Below are positions 21,403 through 29,715 of a stretch of DNA of 64,000 nt, piece by piece. Made by a program: the position numbers and the translations under genes. The notes beneath the pieces were generated by a model that made no database searches, was not told the origin of the DNA, and was given only the letters and a program-made list of their open reading frames with translations. Every line of letters starts with the position of its first letter. Position 1 is the first letter of the stretch. Where the stretch lies: IMG/VR virus record IMGVR_UViG_3300047539_000055; one strand, written 5' to 3'. Source of the DNA: a virus (taxonomy: Duplodnaviria > Caudoviricetes).

Positions 21403-21608
21403 GATTCCAATTTCCTCAACATTAGCAAACGAATCTCTTCAGCCGCCGATTCCCATGCTAAATCATCTTCAAAAAACGCTGAACTAATCCATCTTCCAGA
21501 GATTGTTGGCTCTGAAACAACACGTCTCAGGGTTTCGTCTCTATGCCAAACCATGATTTGAATCTCAGCATCGGGATAAATTGATAATACAAATTCTTTA
21601 TCGGTCAT
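21399..21608 (-). CDS. YPDA/KLES-family protein (array A)
   Basis: MTDKEFVLSIYPDA...MLRKLES. Confidence 0.85.
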   Translation of the reverse strand: MTDKEFVLSIYPDAEIQIMVWHRDETLRRVVSEPTISGRWISSAFFEDDLAWESAAEEIRLLMLRKLES

Positions 21609-21832
21609 GATTCCAATTTTCTCAGAAATCGTTTTTGAATTGCTGCTTTATACCAAGCCAAGGCTTTTTTCCAAGCTTCGGCGCGAGTTGCACCATATGA
21701 AACGGAAATACCATTTACAGATACGCGAAATCTTATTTCCGGGCTTCCGTTGTAGGCTAGACCCCAGAGTCCATTTAATTTGTAGGAATGAACTTTGGGA
21801 TACACTTGCAAAATTATTTGGCGTGTTGTCAT
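21605..21832 (-). CDS. YPDA/KLES-family protein (array A)
   Basis: ILQVYPKV...EAWKKA...FLRKLES. Confidence 0.8.
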   Translation of the reverse strand: MTTRQIILQVYPKVHSYKLNGLWGLAYNGSPEIRFRVSVNGISVSYGATRAEAWKKALAWYKAAIQKRFLRKLES

Positions 21833-22020
21833 ACTGTTCTATTTCTCCATTCAATAGTGCAAAGACCATAACCAGCATCTTTGGGCAGGTGTCGTTTGCA
21901 CCAGTTTTTGATAATAGATTCAGCTTTTTTGTCGTTTGCGACCCCTTCGACAGAACCATCGGGCAACATGACAAGTAAACCGAATTCGCCTTTCTCAACA
22001 ATTGCTGTTCCTTGATTCAT
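21829..22020 (-). CDS. Unrelated small hypothetical protein inside array A
   Basis: Start moved to MNQGTA at a TAATG overlap. Confidence 0.6.
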   Translation of the reverse strand: MNQGTAIVEKGEFGLLVMLPDGSVEGVANDKKAESIIKNWCKRHLPKDAGYGLCTIEWRNRTV

Positions 22021-22205
22021 TAGCTTTCCAATTTCCTCAACATCATTTTTTGAATACCTTCCCAAGCACTTTGCCATGCTTGTTTTTCTGTTGGGAGTAA
22101 ATATGACATATAAATCATACTTTTTTCCGCAATTAGATATCCAGCACCAAATTCTTCTACCCTTGCATATGGATAAATGGCAAGCACTGATTTTTTAGCG
22201 GTCAT
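22020..22205 (-). CDS. YPDA/KLES-family protein (array A)
   Basis: MTAKKSVLAIYPYA...MLRKLES. Confidence 0.85.
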   Translation of the reverse strand: MTAKKSVLAIYPYARVEEFGAGYLIAEKSMIYMSYLLPTEKQAWQSAWEGIQKMMLRKLES

Positions 22206-22399
22206 GATTCAAACTTCCTCAACATTTCAACTTTGATGTTGTCGGCTGCATTTTTCCAAGCAATGGCTTCGGAGTTTTCGATATGTTTACTTGACAGCAC
22301 TCTCGCGTAACCTGGACTTGGGATAAAAATACCATAAGAATCTCCACCCACTAGAAAAGCCTCTGGATATATTGAAAGAACAAGTTGTTTATTTGTCAT
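22202..22399 (-). CDS. YPDA/KLES-family protein (array A)
   Basis: MTNKQLVLSIYPEA...MLRKFES. Confidence 0.85.
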   Translation of the reverse strand: MTNKQLVLSIYPEAFLVGGDSYGIFIPSPGYARVLSSKHIENSEAIAWKNAADNIKVEMLRKFES

Positions 22400-22599
22400 G
22401 ATTCCAACTTCTCCAACATATTCTTGTAAATTTTTTCTTTTAGTCGTTTCCATACTTCTTTTTTGCTTTTGCCAGTGACAAAAAATATATCAGAAAATCC
22501 ATAATACCGTCCATTAGTATTATTGCCACTATCATAATTACAATAGGCATTTGGTTCTATAGCAAGAACCAATTTCTTATCGGAGATAGACCCCGCCAT
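22396..22599 (-). CDS. YPDA/KLES-family protein with altered start (array A)
   Basis: (MAGSI)SDKKLVLAIEPNA...MLEKLES. Confidence 0.6.
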   Translation of the reverse strand: MAGSISDKKLVLAIEPNAYCNYDSGNNTNGRYYGFSDIFFVTGKSKKEVWKRLKEKIYKNMLEKLES

Positions 22600-22900
22600 A
22601 AATGTTGACTGCCTTCCCCCAACCATAGTTGGCATCAAAAATATTTCCACGAGAATGTTTTGCTGGTGCGTTCCAAGACGCGGCCTTGAGAATATTTCCC
22701 GTAGCCTTGTCAACAAAGCAATAAACACTTCGGCTACCAGACCCCGTAGTTATGAGTTTGAAATTCTTGCTTCCCTCTTTCATACTAATAACTGGGGGAG
22801 TGAGTATTGAAAATTCCTTGGCATAATGGAGAAGTGTTTCGCCTTGAACCTTGGCTACAAAACCGTTTACGCGAGTAATCATTTCTGGTGTTGCTGTCAT
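22577..22900 (-). CDS. Hypothetical phage early protein
   Basis: SVYCFVDKATGNILKAASWNAPAK; AGGAG RBS. Confidence 0.7.
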   Translation of the reverse strand: MTATPEMITRVNGFVAKVQGETLLHYAKEFSILTPPVISMKEGSKNFKLITTGSGSRSVYCFVDKATGNILKAASWNAPAKHSRGNIFDANYGWGKAVNIYGGVYLR

Positions 22901-22911
22901 TTCAATTCTCC

Positions 22912-23079
22912 TTAGCGAATAACAATTTTTGATTCATCCTTGCGAACATAAACAAAAAACTTGCTGTGCGTGATCACAGCGCGAAGTCCACGAAGTTCCA
23001 TAAGAGCATTGCGAACGGAATAATCTGAAGTGTTTTTTGAAGTCTCTTCAATCAGTTCATTCAACTTTTCGTCGGTCAT
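22912..23079 (-). CDS. Small hypothetical protein
   Basis: MTDEK start at an ATGA overlap. Confidence 0.55.
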   Translation of the reverse strand: MTDEKLNELIEETSKNTSDYSVRNALMELRGLRAVITHSKFFVYVRKDESKIVIR

Positions 23080-23351
23080 AAATACTCTTCGCCCCAATCG
23101 TCAACATAATCTTCAGAACAATCATCAATTTCATCTTCCCCAACAAGATCGTCGTTTTCCGTGGCAGATTCGGAATTCAAATCCAGATCATCGTTATAAT
23201 CCCAATCGTCACCATAGACGGATACGCCATAATAATCGTCATAGTCAAAATCACCATCAGCTTCAAATTCAACATCGTCAGCGATGGAATCGGCATAGAC
23301 AGTTCTGAGTTCTTCACGAAGAGTTATTTCACTGCGTTTTGCACGAGTCAT
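23076..23351 (-). CDS. Highly acidic small protein
   Basis: About 34 D/E in 91 aa. Confidence 0.65.
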   Translation of the reverse strand: MTRAKRSEITLREELRTVYADSIADDVEFEADGDFDYDDYYGVSVYGDDWDYNDDLDLNSESATENDDLVGEDEIDDCSEDYVDDWGEEYL

Positions 23352-23584
23352 TATGCCTTCTCCACACGACTGAGATAGAATGTGTCTGTTACGCCATGCG
23401 CAGAATCACATTCGGTCTTCTGCCAAGTAACTTTGATCAAACCCTTTACGATTAAAGAGTTACGCGCATTAACTCGGCGGTTTCCAAAAGACTTATGCTT
23501 GATAATACCATGCTCAATGCTGGTATATCCTTTGCGCTGAATCTCTTGAAGAATCTCATTCTCGGTTTTGTTCAATTTTATCAT
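23351..23584 (-). CDS. Small hypothetical protein
   Basis: TAATG-coupled ORF. Confidence 0.6.
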   Translation of the reverse strand: MIKLNKTENEILQEIQRKGYTSIEHGIIKHKSFGNRRVNARNSLIVKGLIKVTWQKTECDSAHGVTDTFYLSRVEKA

Positions 23585-23796
23585 TATGCTTTTTCCTGAA
23601 CAGCTACCAGATTGCCATCAGTCCACGAATAATTGACAGAATCTTCTGACTCTTCAATTTCAAAGCCAGTCATTAGCATCCACCGAGAAAATAGATTCTC
23701 CGCATAAGCCGTTGCTTCCGATGCCGTTGCAAACCGCAAGCTATTATAGCTCGGTTTAGATTCTCCAGATACCTTGACAGCAACTTTCAAACTCAT
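23584..23796 (-). CDS. Small hypothetical protein, first gene of leftward early operon
   Basis: GAGG RBS before MSLKVAVK. Confidence 0.65.
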   Translation of the reverse strand: MSLKVAVKVSGESKPSYNSLRFATASEATAYAENLFSRWMLMTGFEIEESEDSVNYSWTDGNLVAVQEKA

Positions 23797-23821
23797 ATTA
23801 TCCTCTCTCAATTACAAATAT

Positions 23822-23850
23822 AGTATATCAAATCCATAGGCAAAAGTCAA
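23822..23850 (-). promoter_or_regulatory. Sigma70-type early promoter (leftward)
   Basis: TTGACT-17 bp-TATACT on the minus strand. Confidence 0.75.
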
Positions 23851-23901
23851 CTAAAATATTATTTATCTAAGTCCTTTATTTTCAATAAGATATCTTTTAT
23901 C

Positions 23902-23930
23902 TTGACTTTATTAGAGAAGTTTGGTATGAT
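23902..23930 (+). promoter_or_regulatory. Sigma70-type early promoter (rightward)
   Basis: TTGACT-17 bp-TATGAT, 6 nt before ATG 23937. Confidence 0.75.
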
Positions 23931-23936
23931 TGAAAT

Positions 23937-25169
23937 ATGAAAACTAAGGAAAAGGTTACCGCAAAGCCAACTCGTTCGTTTCTGCCAGTAGACCTCAAGC
24001 CTATCAAAACACTGCATTTCCGTGGCGCTGGTGCCCCTTATATTGGTGAAGTAGAACCAGATTGGCCCATTTTAGAAGCGCAGAATAAATGGACTCGTAC
24101 CGAGTATGAGAAGTGTGTTAGTATGGCGCTAAATTGGTATTCTCATACGCAGGACGACAAGGAAATTATCTCCCTTGGTTTTGCAGCGCTTAACCTTAGC
24201 GGTCATTTTCCAGAATTGCTCGTCACACTCGATAATTCCACATTGACATTTTCTGTTACTGCCGCCCGATTGCTTCGCATGGCGCATAATGGATTGTTTC
24301 TGCGTTTCCGTGAAAGGCGTTTCATCGTCCGAGAGATTCGCAAGTGTGTCAACAACCAAAAAGAAATTCTTGAAAAGGTTGAAGGGCAATCCAAACCACA
24401 GATTCAAGATTACATCAATGCTCGTGTTCATCTTGTAAAGGGCGAGATTGATCAGTATTTTGATACCTTCATTGACGAAGACTATACATATGGTGGATTG
24501 AAGGTGAAAGACACCAACAATAAAAAGCCATTGCAACTTGTTGCGGCGATTCTCAAAGACCCAACAACTTCTGTTCCTGCAAATCGTACATCCGATTTGA
24601 TTGATTATTGCCAGAAGTATTTGACCGAATATCAAAGTGCTTTGGTTGGCAAACCGCCATCTCTTGCGGAAGCATACGCCCCGCTTGGTAAGCGTCATAT
24701 CAAGGCGGCAATTCAATGGTGGGAGCAAGCTATTACCGATATCAACGCATACTGTCAACAGAAACAGAGTATGCGAAAGACTCGTAAGCGTAAGATTCAA
24801 CCGCCAATCAAGATCGTTGGCAAGCTGAAGTATCTCAAGGTATTTCCTGGGTTGAAACTAGAAAGCATTGAGCCAACTCAAGTGTTGAAGTGCGCAGAAC
24901 TTTGGGTTTACAACACGAAGTTGAGAAAGTTGGGCAGATATGTTGCTATCAATGATGGATCGTTTGAAGTCAGGGGAACGCGATTGATCAATCTTGACAA
25001 GGGCAAGTGTGTTCAGAAGACTCTTCGCAAGCCAGCCGAACAATTGAAGGAGTTTGGTAACTACACGAAGGTTGGTGCGCTCAAGTGGTTCAATAACATT
25101 CGTGCAGTGGCAACACCGTTGCGTGAAGCAATTAGCGGAGATTGTATTCTTTTGAAGGGTATTAGATGA
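23937..25169 (+). CDS. Hypothetical phage protein heading array B
   Basis: 410-aa ORF with basic C-terminal domain (ELWVYNTKLRKLG...KTLRKP). Confidence 0.75.
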   Translation: MKTKEKVTAKPTRSFLPVDLKPIKTLHFRGAGAPYIGEVEPDWPILEAQNKWTRTEYEKCVSMALNWYSHTQDDKEIISLGFAALNLSGHFPELLVTLDNSTLTFSVTAARLLRMAHNGLFLRFRERRFIVREIRKCVNNQKEILEKVEGQSKPQIQDYINARVHLVKGEIDQYFDTFIDEDYTYGGLKVKDTNNKKPLQLVAAILKDPTTSVPANRTSDLIDYCQKYLTEYQSALVGKPPSLAEAYAPLGKRHIKAAIQWWEQAITDINAYCQQKQSMRKTRKRKIQPPIKIVGKLKYLKVFPGLKLESIEPTQVLKCAELWVYNTKLRKLGRYVAINDGSFEVRGTRLINLDKGKCVQKTLRKPAEQLKEFGNYTKVGALKWFNNIRAVATPLREAISGDCILLKGIR

Positions 25170-25408
25170 ACTTACGAAGTGTCAAAATCGTAAGAGCGGC
25201 ATGGCCCAAGGCCATATGTATGACCAAAAAAGAATATATGGAATTATCTAGCCCACGCCCAGAATGGGCCGCACCGCTTCGTGCCCCATATTATATTTAT
25301 GATTCTGATTTTTCGGGTGCAATTGGTTGGGGGCCAGATATCAAATCCGCGTGGAAAGAGGCGGCTGATTGGGTCAATAAGGAAATGATGAGAAAGTTGG
25401 AATCATGA
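25166..25408 (+). CDS. YPDA/KLES-family protein (array B)
   Basis: IVRAAWPKA...AWKEAA...MMRKLES. Confidence 0.8.
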   Translation: MNLRSVKIVRAAWPKAICMTKKEYMELSSPRPEWAAPLRAPYYIYDSDFSGAIGWGPDIKSAWKEAADWVNKEMMRKLES

Positions 25409-25644
25409 CAACATTGGAAGCAAAACGATTTGTGCTGTCCATCTATCCAAAAGCATTTCTTGGATTGGTCGCCGGTAATACTATCGTATTTCATGATGAT
25501 ATCCCACTCGAAAAAATCCACTGTTATACTGAATATTTGGGTTACGCATATGATTCTAATCAGCATAATAAGATAGTTAAACAAGCATGGATAGACGCAG
25601 CAGAAAATATTCAAAAAGAAATGTTGAGAAAGCTGGAATCATGA
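25405..25644 (+). CDS. YPDA/KLES-family protein (array B)
   Basis: FVLSIYPKA...MLRKLES. Confidence 0.85.
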   Translation: MTTLEAKRFVLSIYPKAFLGLVAGNTIVFHDDIPLEKIHCYTEYLGYAYDSNQHNKIVKQAWIDAAENIQKEMLRKLES

Positions 25645-25838
25645 CCAATAAAATTTTTGTCAAAAAGATTTATCGCAAAGCATTTTGTCGGTTAGACAGT
25701 TATTTTCCGACAACATATTATGTATATACAGGAGAAAATGATGATTATGTAATATCATGGGGACATTCTCCATTACAAGCTTGGTATAGAGCAAAAGACC
25801 TTGTAAATGAAAAGATTATGGCTAAGTTGGAATCATGA
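25641..25838 (+). CDS. YPDA/KLES-family protein (array B)
   Basis: MTNKIFVKKIYRKA...MAKLES. Confidence 0.85.
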   Translation: MTNKIFVKKIYRKAFCRLDSYFPTTYYVYTGENDDYVISWGHSPLQAWYRAKDLVNEKIMAKLES

Positions 25839-26044
25839 CAAATAGAAAACTTGTTCTTCTAATGTATTCAGATGCAGTATGCCATGACGAGCCAGCAGAT
25901 GATCCTCGTGAAGATAGATATTTTGTTTATAGTGAGAGTGCCGCTTTTTCTCTTTACCTTGGGTCAAGTAGAACTAGAATAGAAGCATGGAAGGAAGCCG
26001 CCGATTTTGTCAATAAGCGTGCGATAAATATGTTAGCATCATGA
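25835..26044 (+). CDS. YPDA/KLES-family protein (array B)
   Basis: MTNRKLVLLMYSDA...INMLAS. Confidence 0.85.
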   Translation: MTNRKLVLLMYSDAVCHDEPADDPREDRYFVYSESAAFSLYLGSSRTRIEAWKEAADFVNKRAINMLAS

Positions 26045-26292
26045 CAGAATATCAAGCCAAAAAATTCGTGAAATCAATGTATCCAGATGCAATTTGTGTG
26101 GATCATTCTCTAATTTATGAAGGTGTAGAAACTTTGTGGCGAGTGATAGAAGTTGATCACGATAGACATAGCCGTTGGTATAAAATGGAAATTGGTGCGA
26201 GTAGTACGAGTGAAAATCAAGCGTGGATTAATGCTGTGCCACTTTTGAAAGATTTTATTCTCTGTCAGATGGAAAAGAAGTTTGGATTATGA
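26041..26292 (+). CDS. YPDA/KLES-family protein (array B)
   Basis: FVKSMYPDA...AWINA...MEKKFGL. Confidence 0.8.
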   Translation: MTEYQAKKFVKSMYPDAICVDHSLIYEGVETLWRVIEVDHDRHSRWYKMEIGASSTSENQAWINAVPLLKDFILCQMEKKFGL

Positions 26293-26501
26293 CACACAAA
26301 CAGCTAGTTCAAAAGTCATATCCAAACGCACAGTTGCGTAAGGAAATGTATAACTTTGAAGGAAAAGCATATCCACTGTATCAGGTTGATCAAGGTGATA
26401 CTAATGTCTATATAAGTAATTGGACAGACACTCCGCTAATGGCATGGGATGCCGCATGGATAGAAGTTCAAGAAAGAATGTTGAGAAAGTTGGAATCATG
26501 A
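26289..26501 (+). CDS. YPDA/KLES-family protein (array B)
   Basis: MTHKQLVQKSYPNA...MLRKLES. Confidence 0.85.
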   Translation: MTHKQLVQKSYPNAQLRKEMYNFEGKAYPLYQVDQGDTNVYISNWTDTPLMAWDAAWIEVQERMLRKLES

Positions 26502-26719
26502 CAAATAAACAACTTGTTCTTCTAATGTATCCAGATGCGGAGTGTGAATTGGATGACTCTAATGACTCAATATATTACCGCACAGATAATTATATTGTGT
26601 GTTATCCACTTTCGACTAATTGGGAATTCGAACTTGGTCGCGGAAAAACTAGAATTTGTGCGTGGAAGAATGCGGCAAGTTATGTCAATAAGCGTGTGAT
26701 AAATATGTTGGAATCATAA
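26498..26719 (+). CDS. YPDA/KLES-family protein (array B)
   Basis: MTNKQLVLLMYPDA...INMLES. Confidence 0.85.
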   Translation: MTNKQLVLLMYPDAECELDDSNDSIYYRTDNYIVCYPLSTNWEFELGRGKTRICAWKNAASYVNKRVINMLES

Positions 26720-26727
26720 GGAGTAAA

Positions 26728-26943
26728 ATGACAAAGCAACCAGAAATTGAAAATATCGAAGAAAGAAAACTTGTGCGTTCTTTACACAAAACAGCACATT
26801 GTCGTAGAACAGAAGATGGCGGATTTCATATTTCTTATAAAGGTAAAGATGGTAAAGAAATTTCGCTTGGCCATAGAGCAGAGACTCGTACAGAAGCATG
26901 GGGTAATGCGGCAAAAAAGATTGATAAGGAAATATCGGAATAA
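26728..26943 (+). CDS. Divergent YPDA/KLES-family protein (array B)
   Basis: RKLVRSLHKTA...EAWGNAAKKI; own AGGAG RBS. Confidence 0.7.
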   Translation: MTKQPEIENIEERKLVRSLHKTAHCRRTEDGGFHISYKGKDGKEISLGHRAETRTEAWGNAAKKIDKEISE

Positions 26944-27146
26944 TGAATAACAACAAACATTTCGTTCGAGAAATTATTCCGTCTGCTTTTTGTGTTGAAG
27001 TCGTGTCTACATTCATAATCTATGGCTTTGATGCAGAAAACAGACAATATGTTATTGGACATAGTGCATGTTCAGAAGAAGATGCATGGGAACAAGTGGC
27101 GGAAACCTTCCGTCAAAAAATGTTGGCGAAATTGGAATCAGAATGA
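26943..27146 (+). CDS. YPDA/KLES-family protein (array B)
   Basis: KHFVREIIPSA...MLAKLESE. Confidence 0.8.
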   Translation: MNNNKHFVREIIPSAFCVEVVSTFIIYGFDAENRQYVIGHSACSEEDAWEQVAETFRQKMLAKLESE

Positions 27147-27349
27147 ATCCTCGCAATATAGTGTTGAGTTCTTATCCACAGGCAGTTTGTAATGAAATCG
27201 CTGGACAGACCAGTTCCTATTTTTTGATCCACGATATAGGATCAATGAGACAAGATTTGATTGGTTATAGTATGGTTAGCGAAAATGATGCTTGGGAACA
27301 CGCCGCAGATGTTATTGGTAAAAGAATGTTGGCACAGTTGGAGTGGTGA
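27143..27349 (+). CDS. YPDA/KLES-family protein (array B)
   Basis: MNPRNIVLSSYPQA...MLAQLEW. Confidence 0.8.
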   Translation: MNPRNIVLSSYPQAVCNEIAGQTSSYFLIHDIGSMRQDLIGYSMVSENDAWEHAADVIGKRMLAQLEW

Positions 27350-27564
27350 TGGACGAAGATAATCGTACAACTAAAGAACGAGTGTTAGCTTTGTATCCAA
27401 ATGCAGTATGTAAAACAAAATCAGAAACTTCGGCTGGAGTCAATCGTTGGACTATTTGGAGCGATGATGATTGGATTGCTAATAGTTATTTAAGCGAAGA
27501 ACATGCATGGAAGTGGGCGCTAGATTTAACAAATCGCGAAATTCTTCAAAAATTTAGAGATTAA
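27349..27564 (+). CDS. YPDA/KLES-family protein (array B)
   Basis: TKERVLALYPNA...ILQKFRD. Confidence 0.8.
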   Translation: MDEDNRTTKERVLALYPNAVCKTKSETSAGVNRWTIWSDDDWIANSYLSEEHAWKWALDLTNREILQKFRD

Positions 27565-27588
27565 CAGTAATTGGAGGGAACAAACTAA

Positions 27589-27804
27589 GTGCCGAAAAAT
27601 GAACAGGTGTCAATTCGTGGGAAGGTTATAAAGACTCTTCCTAATACAACATGGTTAGTTGAAATTCCCGGCGATCAGCAAGTCACCGCGTATTTGGGTG
27701 GAAGATTGCGCAAAAACAACATTCGTATTGAACCAGGCGATGAAGTAGCTCTTGAGTTGAGTCCATATTCTTTGGAACTCGCCAGAATTGTGTATCGTTT
27801 TTGA
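27589..27804 (+). CDS. infA: Translation initiation factor IF-1
   Basis: 71 aa; GKVIKTLPN...AYLGGRLRKNNIRIEPGDEVALELSPYSLELARIVYR; GGAGG RBS, GTG start. Confidence 0.93.
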   Translation: MPKNEQVSIRGKVIKTLPNTTWLVEIPGDQQVTAYLGGRLRKNNIRIEPGDEVALELSPYSLELARIVYRF

Positions 27805-28025
27805 TGACCGATAAAGAGCAAGTTCTAAATATATACCCAGAAGCAGAAATACATCATGATTGGAAAAAAATCTGTTATTATAGGTGTAAAGGCAAAGGGA
27901 TATACATCAAAGGAAAATGGCTGTTCCTTTGCCCCGATTCAAATATATATGTTTCTAATGATGAAATATGGGCTGAAGGTTGGAAAATCATTCAATGCGA
28001 AATGCTCAAGAAGTTGGAATCATGA
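27804..28025 (+). CDS. YPDA/KLES-family protein (array B)
   Basis: MTDKEQVLNIYPEA...MLKKLES. Confidence 0.85.
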   Translation: MTDKEQVLNIYPEAEIHHDWKKICYYRCKGKGIYIKGKWLFLCPDSNIYVSNDEIWAEGWKIIQCEMLKKLES

Positions 28026-28276
28026 CACCAGAACAAAGAGTAAAACTCGTTTATCCAGAAGCGATGCTTCGTCATTGTTGGGTAAAGTTACCAACAAAAT
28101 GGGATTGGTATATTGATTGTGCTAATTCTCCATTAGCTTTTGCTGGAGAACGATTCGTCATACATATTGTGGCTGGTAACAAATTGTTGGCATACGGCGG
28201 AAAATATGAAACTCCACTATGGCGTAGAGCATGGAAATCAATTGAAAAAGAAATGCTCAAGAAGTTGGAATCATGA
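28022..28276 (+). CDS. YPDA/KLES-family protein (array B)
   Basis: MTPEQRVKLVYPEA...MLKKLES. Confidence 0.85.
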   Translation: MTPEQRVKLVYPEAMLRHCWVKLPTKWDWYIDCANSPLAFAGERFVIHIVAGNKLLAYGGKYETPLWRRAWKSIEKEMLKKLES

Positions 28277-28455
28277 CAGATAAAAAATTTGTGATTGGTG
28301 TATATCCACATGCTTATTGTTCAAGACAGTGGCAAGGATTTTTTATCATGGAATATCAAAAGGTATTATCTCATGCATGTATTCTTGAAGAAGATGCATG
28401 GCTTTCAGCAAAATTGATTATCAATCATATAATGTTGGAAAAGTTGAAATCATGA
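28273..28455 (+). CDS. YPDA/KLES-family protein (array B)
   Basis: MTDKKFVIGVYPHA...MLEKLKS. Confidence 0.85.
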   Translation: MTDKKFVIGVYPHAYCSRQWQGFFIMEYQKVLSHACILEEDAWLSAKLIINHIMLEKLKS

Positions 28456-28667
28456 CTGCTAAAGAAAATGTTCTGAATAATTATCCACTGGCAAGAAGTT
28501 GCTATGTTACTTCTGAAAATAAGCCAACTTATTCTGTGATTGCGCCTGAAAAAACTGGAAGTCTTATTTGGGATATGTATCTTGGTTGCGCGTATTCGGA
28601 AGAAGCTGTTTGGGAATCAGCTTGGGAATATGTTCAAATTCGGATGTTACAAAAGTTGGAATCATGA
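28452..28667 (+). CDS. YPDA/KLES-family protein (array B)
   Basis: MTAKENVLNNYPLA...MLQKLES. Confidence 0.85.
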   Translation: MTAKENVLNNYPLARSCYVTSENKPTYSVIAPEKTGSLIWDMYLGCAYSEEAVWESAWEYVQIRMLQKLES

Positions 28668-28879
28668 CAGATAAAGAGTTTGTATTATCCATTTATCCTC
28701 GCGTATATTGTAACCAAGAATACATAGGAAATACACTATATTACACGGTATATGCTACAAGAAAAGGTCATCATGCTTCCATTGTAACTTTTGCAGAAAA
28801 AGGTAAAACCTTGGATGAAATGTGGGGAAATGCAAAAGAAAAAATCCTTCATAAAACATTACAGGTTTTTGAAAAATGA
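28664..28879 (+). CDS. YPDA/KLES-family protein (array B)
   Basis: MTDKEFVLSIYPRV...LQVFEK. Confidence 0.85.
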   Translation: MTDKEFVLSIYPRVYCNQEYIGNTLYYTVYATRKGHHASIVTFAEKGKTLDEMWGNAKEKILHKTLQVFEK

Positions 28880-29073
28880 CAGATGAAAAGTTTGTAAAAA
28901 GAATATATCCGAGTGCTTATTGTGTAATAAAACGGTATGAACCTACATTACAATGCTGTCATATAGTAGAATATCAAAATGTGATATCTTCTGTGATGGA
29001 CACCGAAGAGAATGCTTGGTATTCAGCAAAGAAATATATTAATCATAAAATGATGAGTTTATTGGAATCATGA
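28876..29073 (+). CDS. YPDA/KLES-family protein (array B)
   Basis: MTDEKFVKRIYPSA...MMSLLES. Confidence 0.85.
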   Translation: MTDEKFVKRIYPSAYCVIKRYEPTLQCCHIVEYQNVISSVMDTEENAWYSAKKYINHKMMSLLES

Positions 29074-29267
29074 CAGACAAAAAATTTGTAATCAAAATAT
29101 ATCCCGATGCTCATTGTGTAACAAATTATGGTATTGATGGTGCTGAATATTTCAAAATAATAGAACACAGTCATTCATTATCTTGTGTAATGGACACCGA
29201 AGAAAATGCTTGGTATGAAGCAAAAAATGTTATCAATCGTAGAATGTTGAAAAAGTTGGAGTCATGA
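29070..29267 (+). CDS. YPDA/KLES-family protein (array B)
   Basis: MTDKKFVIKIYPDA...MLKKLES. Confidence 0.85.
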   Translation: MTDKKFVIKIYPDAHCVTNYGIDGAEYFKIIEHSHSLSCVMDTEENAWYEAKNVINRRMLKKLES

Positions 29268-29476
29268 CCACAAAAGAAAATGTTTTGAATATCTACCCGA
29301 AGGCAGAACTTACTTGTATTGGCAACAATAAAGTATTTTGCCTCCGAAGCCCACATAGTACATCAAAATTATTAACATGGACTAATATTATAGGCACAGG
29401 TAGTACGGAAGAAAAAGCGTGGGAATCGGCTTGGAAAATAATTCAAAATGACATGCTTACAAAGTTGGAATCATGA
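29264..29476 (+). CDS. YPDA/KLES-family protein (array B)
   Basis: MTTKENVLNIYPKA...MLTKLES. Confidence 0.85.
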   Translation: MTTKENVLNIYPKAELTCIGNNKVFCLRSPHSTSKLLTWTNIIGTGSTEEKAWESAWKIIQNDMLTKLES

Positions 29477-29715
29477 ATTATGAAGAATCGGTCAAAGCAG
29501 TTTATTCAGATGCAAAGTGCTTCAAACCAGCCGCGCATATTATAATTCAAAACGATCCCATGTGGGGAGATTATTTCGTGTTTCATCGTCGTGAATACGG
29601 GAAAAAGTTTCACGAATTTGAAGTGTTGAGTAATCATTGTAAAACTGAAGAATTTGCTTGGAAAAATGCATGGGAAAAAATAGAACAAGCCATGCTTAGA
29701 AAGTTGGAATCATGA
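29473..29715 (+). CDS. YPDA/KLES-family protein (array B)
   Basis: MNYEESVKAVYSDA...MLRKLES. Confidence 0.85.
   Translation: MNYEESVKAVYSDAKCFKPAAHIIIQNDPMWGDYFVFHRREYGKKFHEFEVLSNHCKTEEFAWKNAWEKIEQAMLRKLES

Noticed and set aside
24129-24800. 223-aa minus-strand ORF
   Set aside because: Antisense to the 410-aa gene, with no recognisable motif or RBS.
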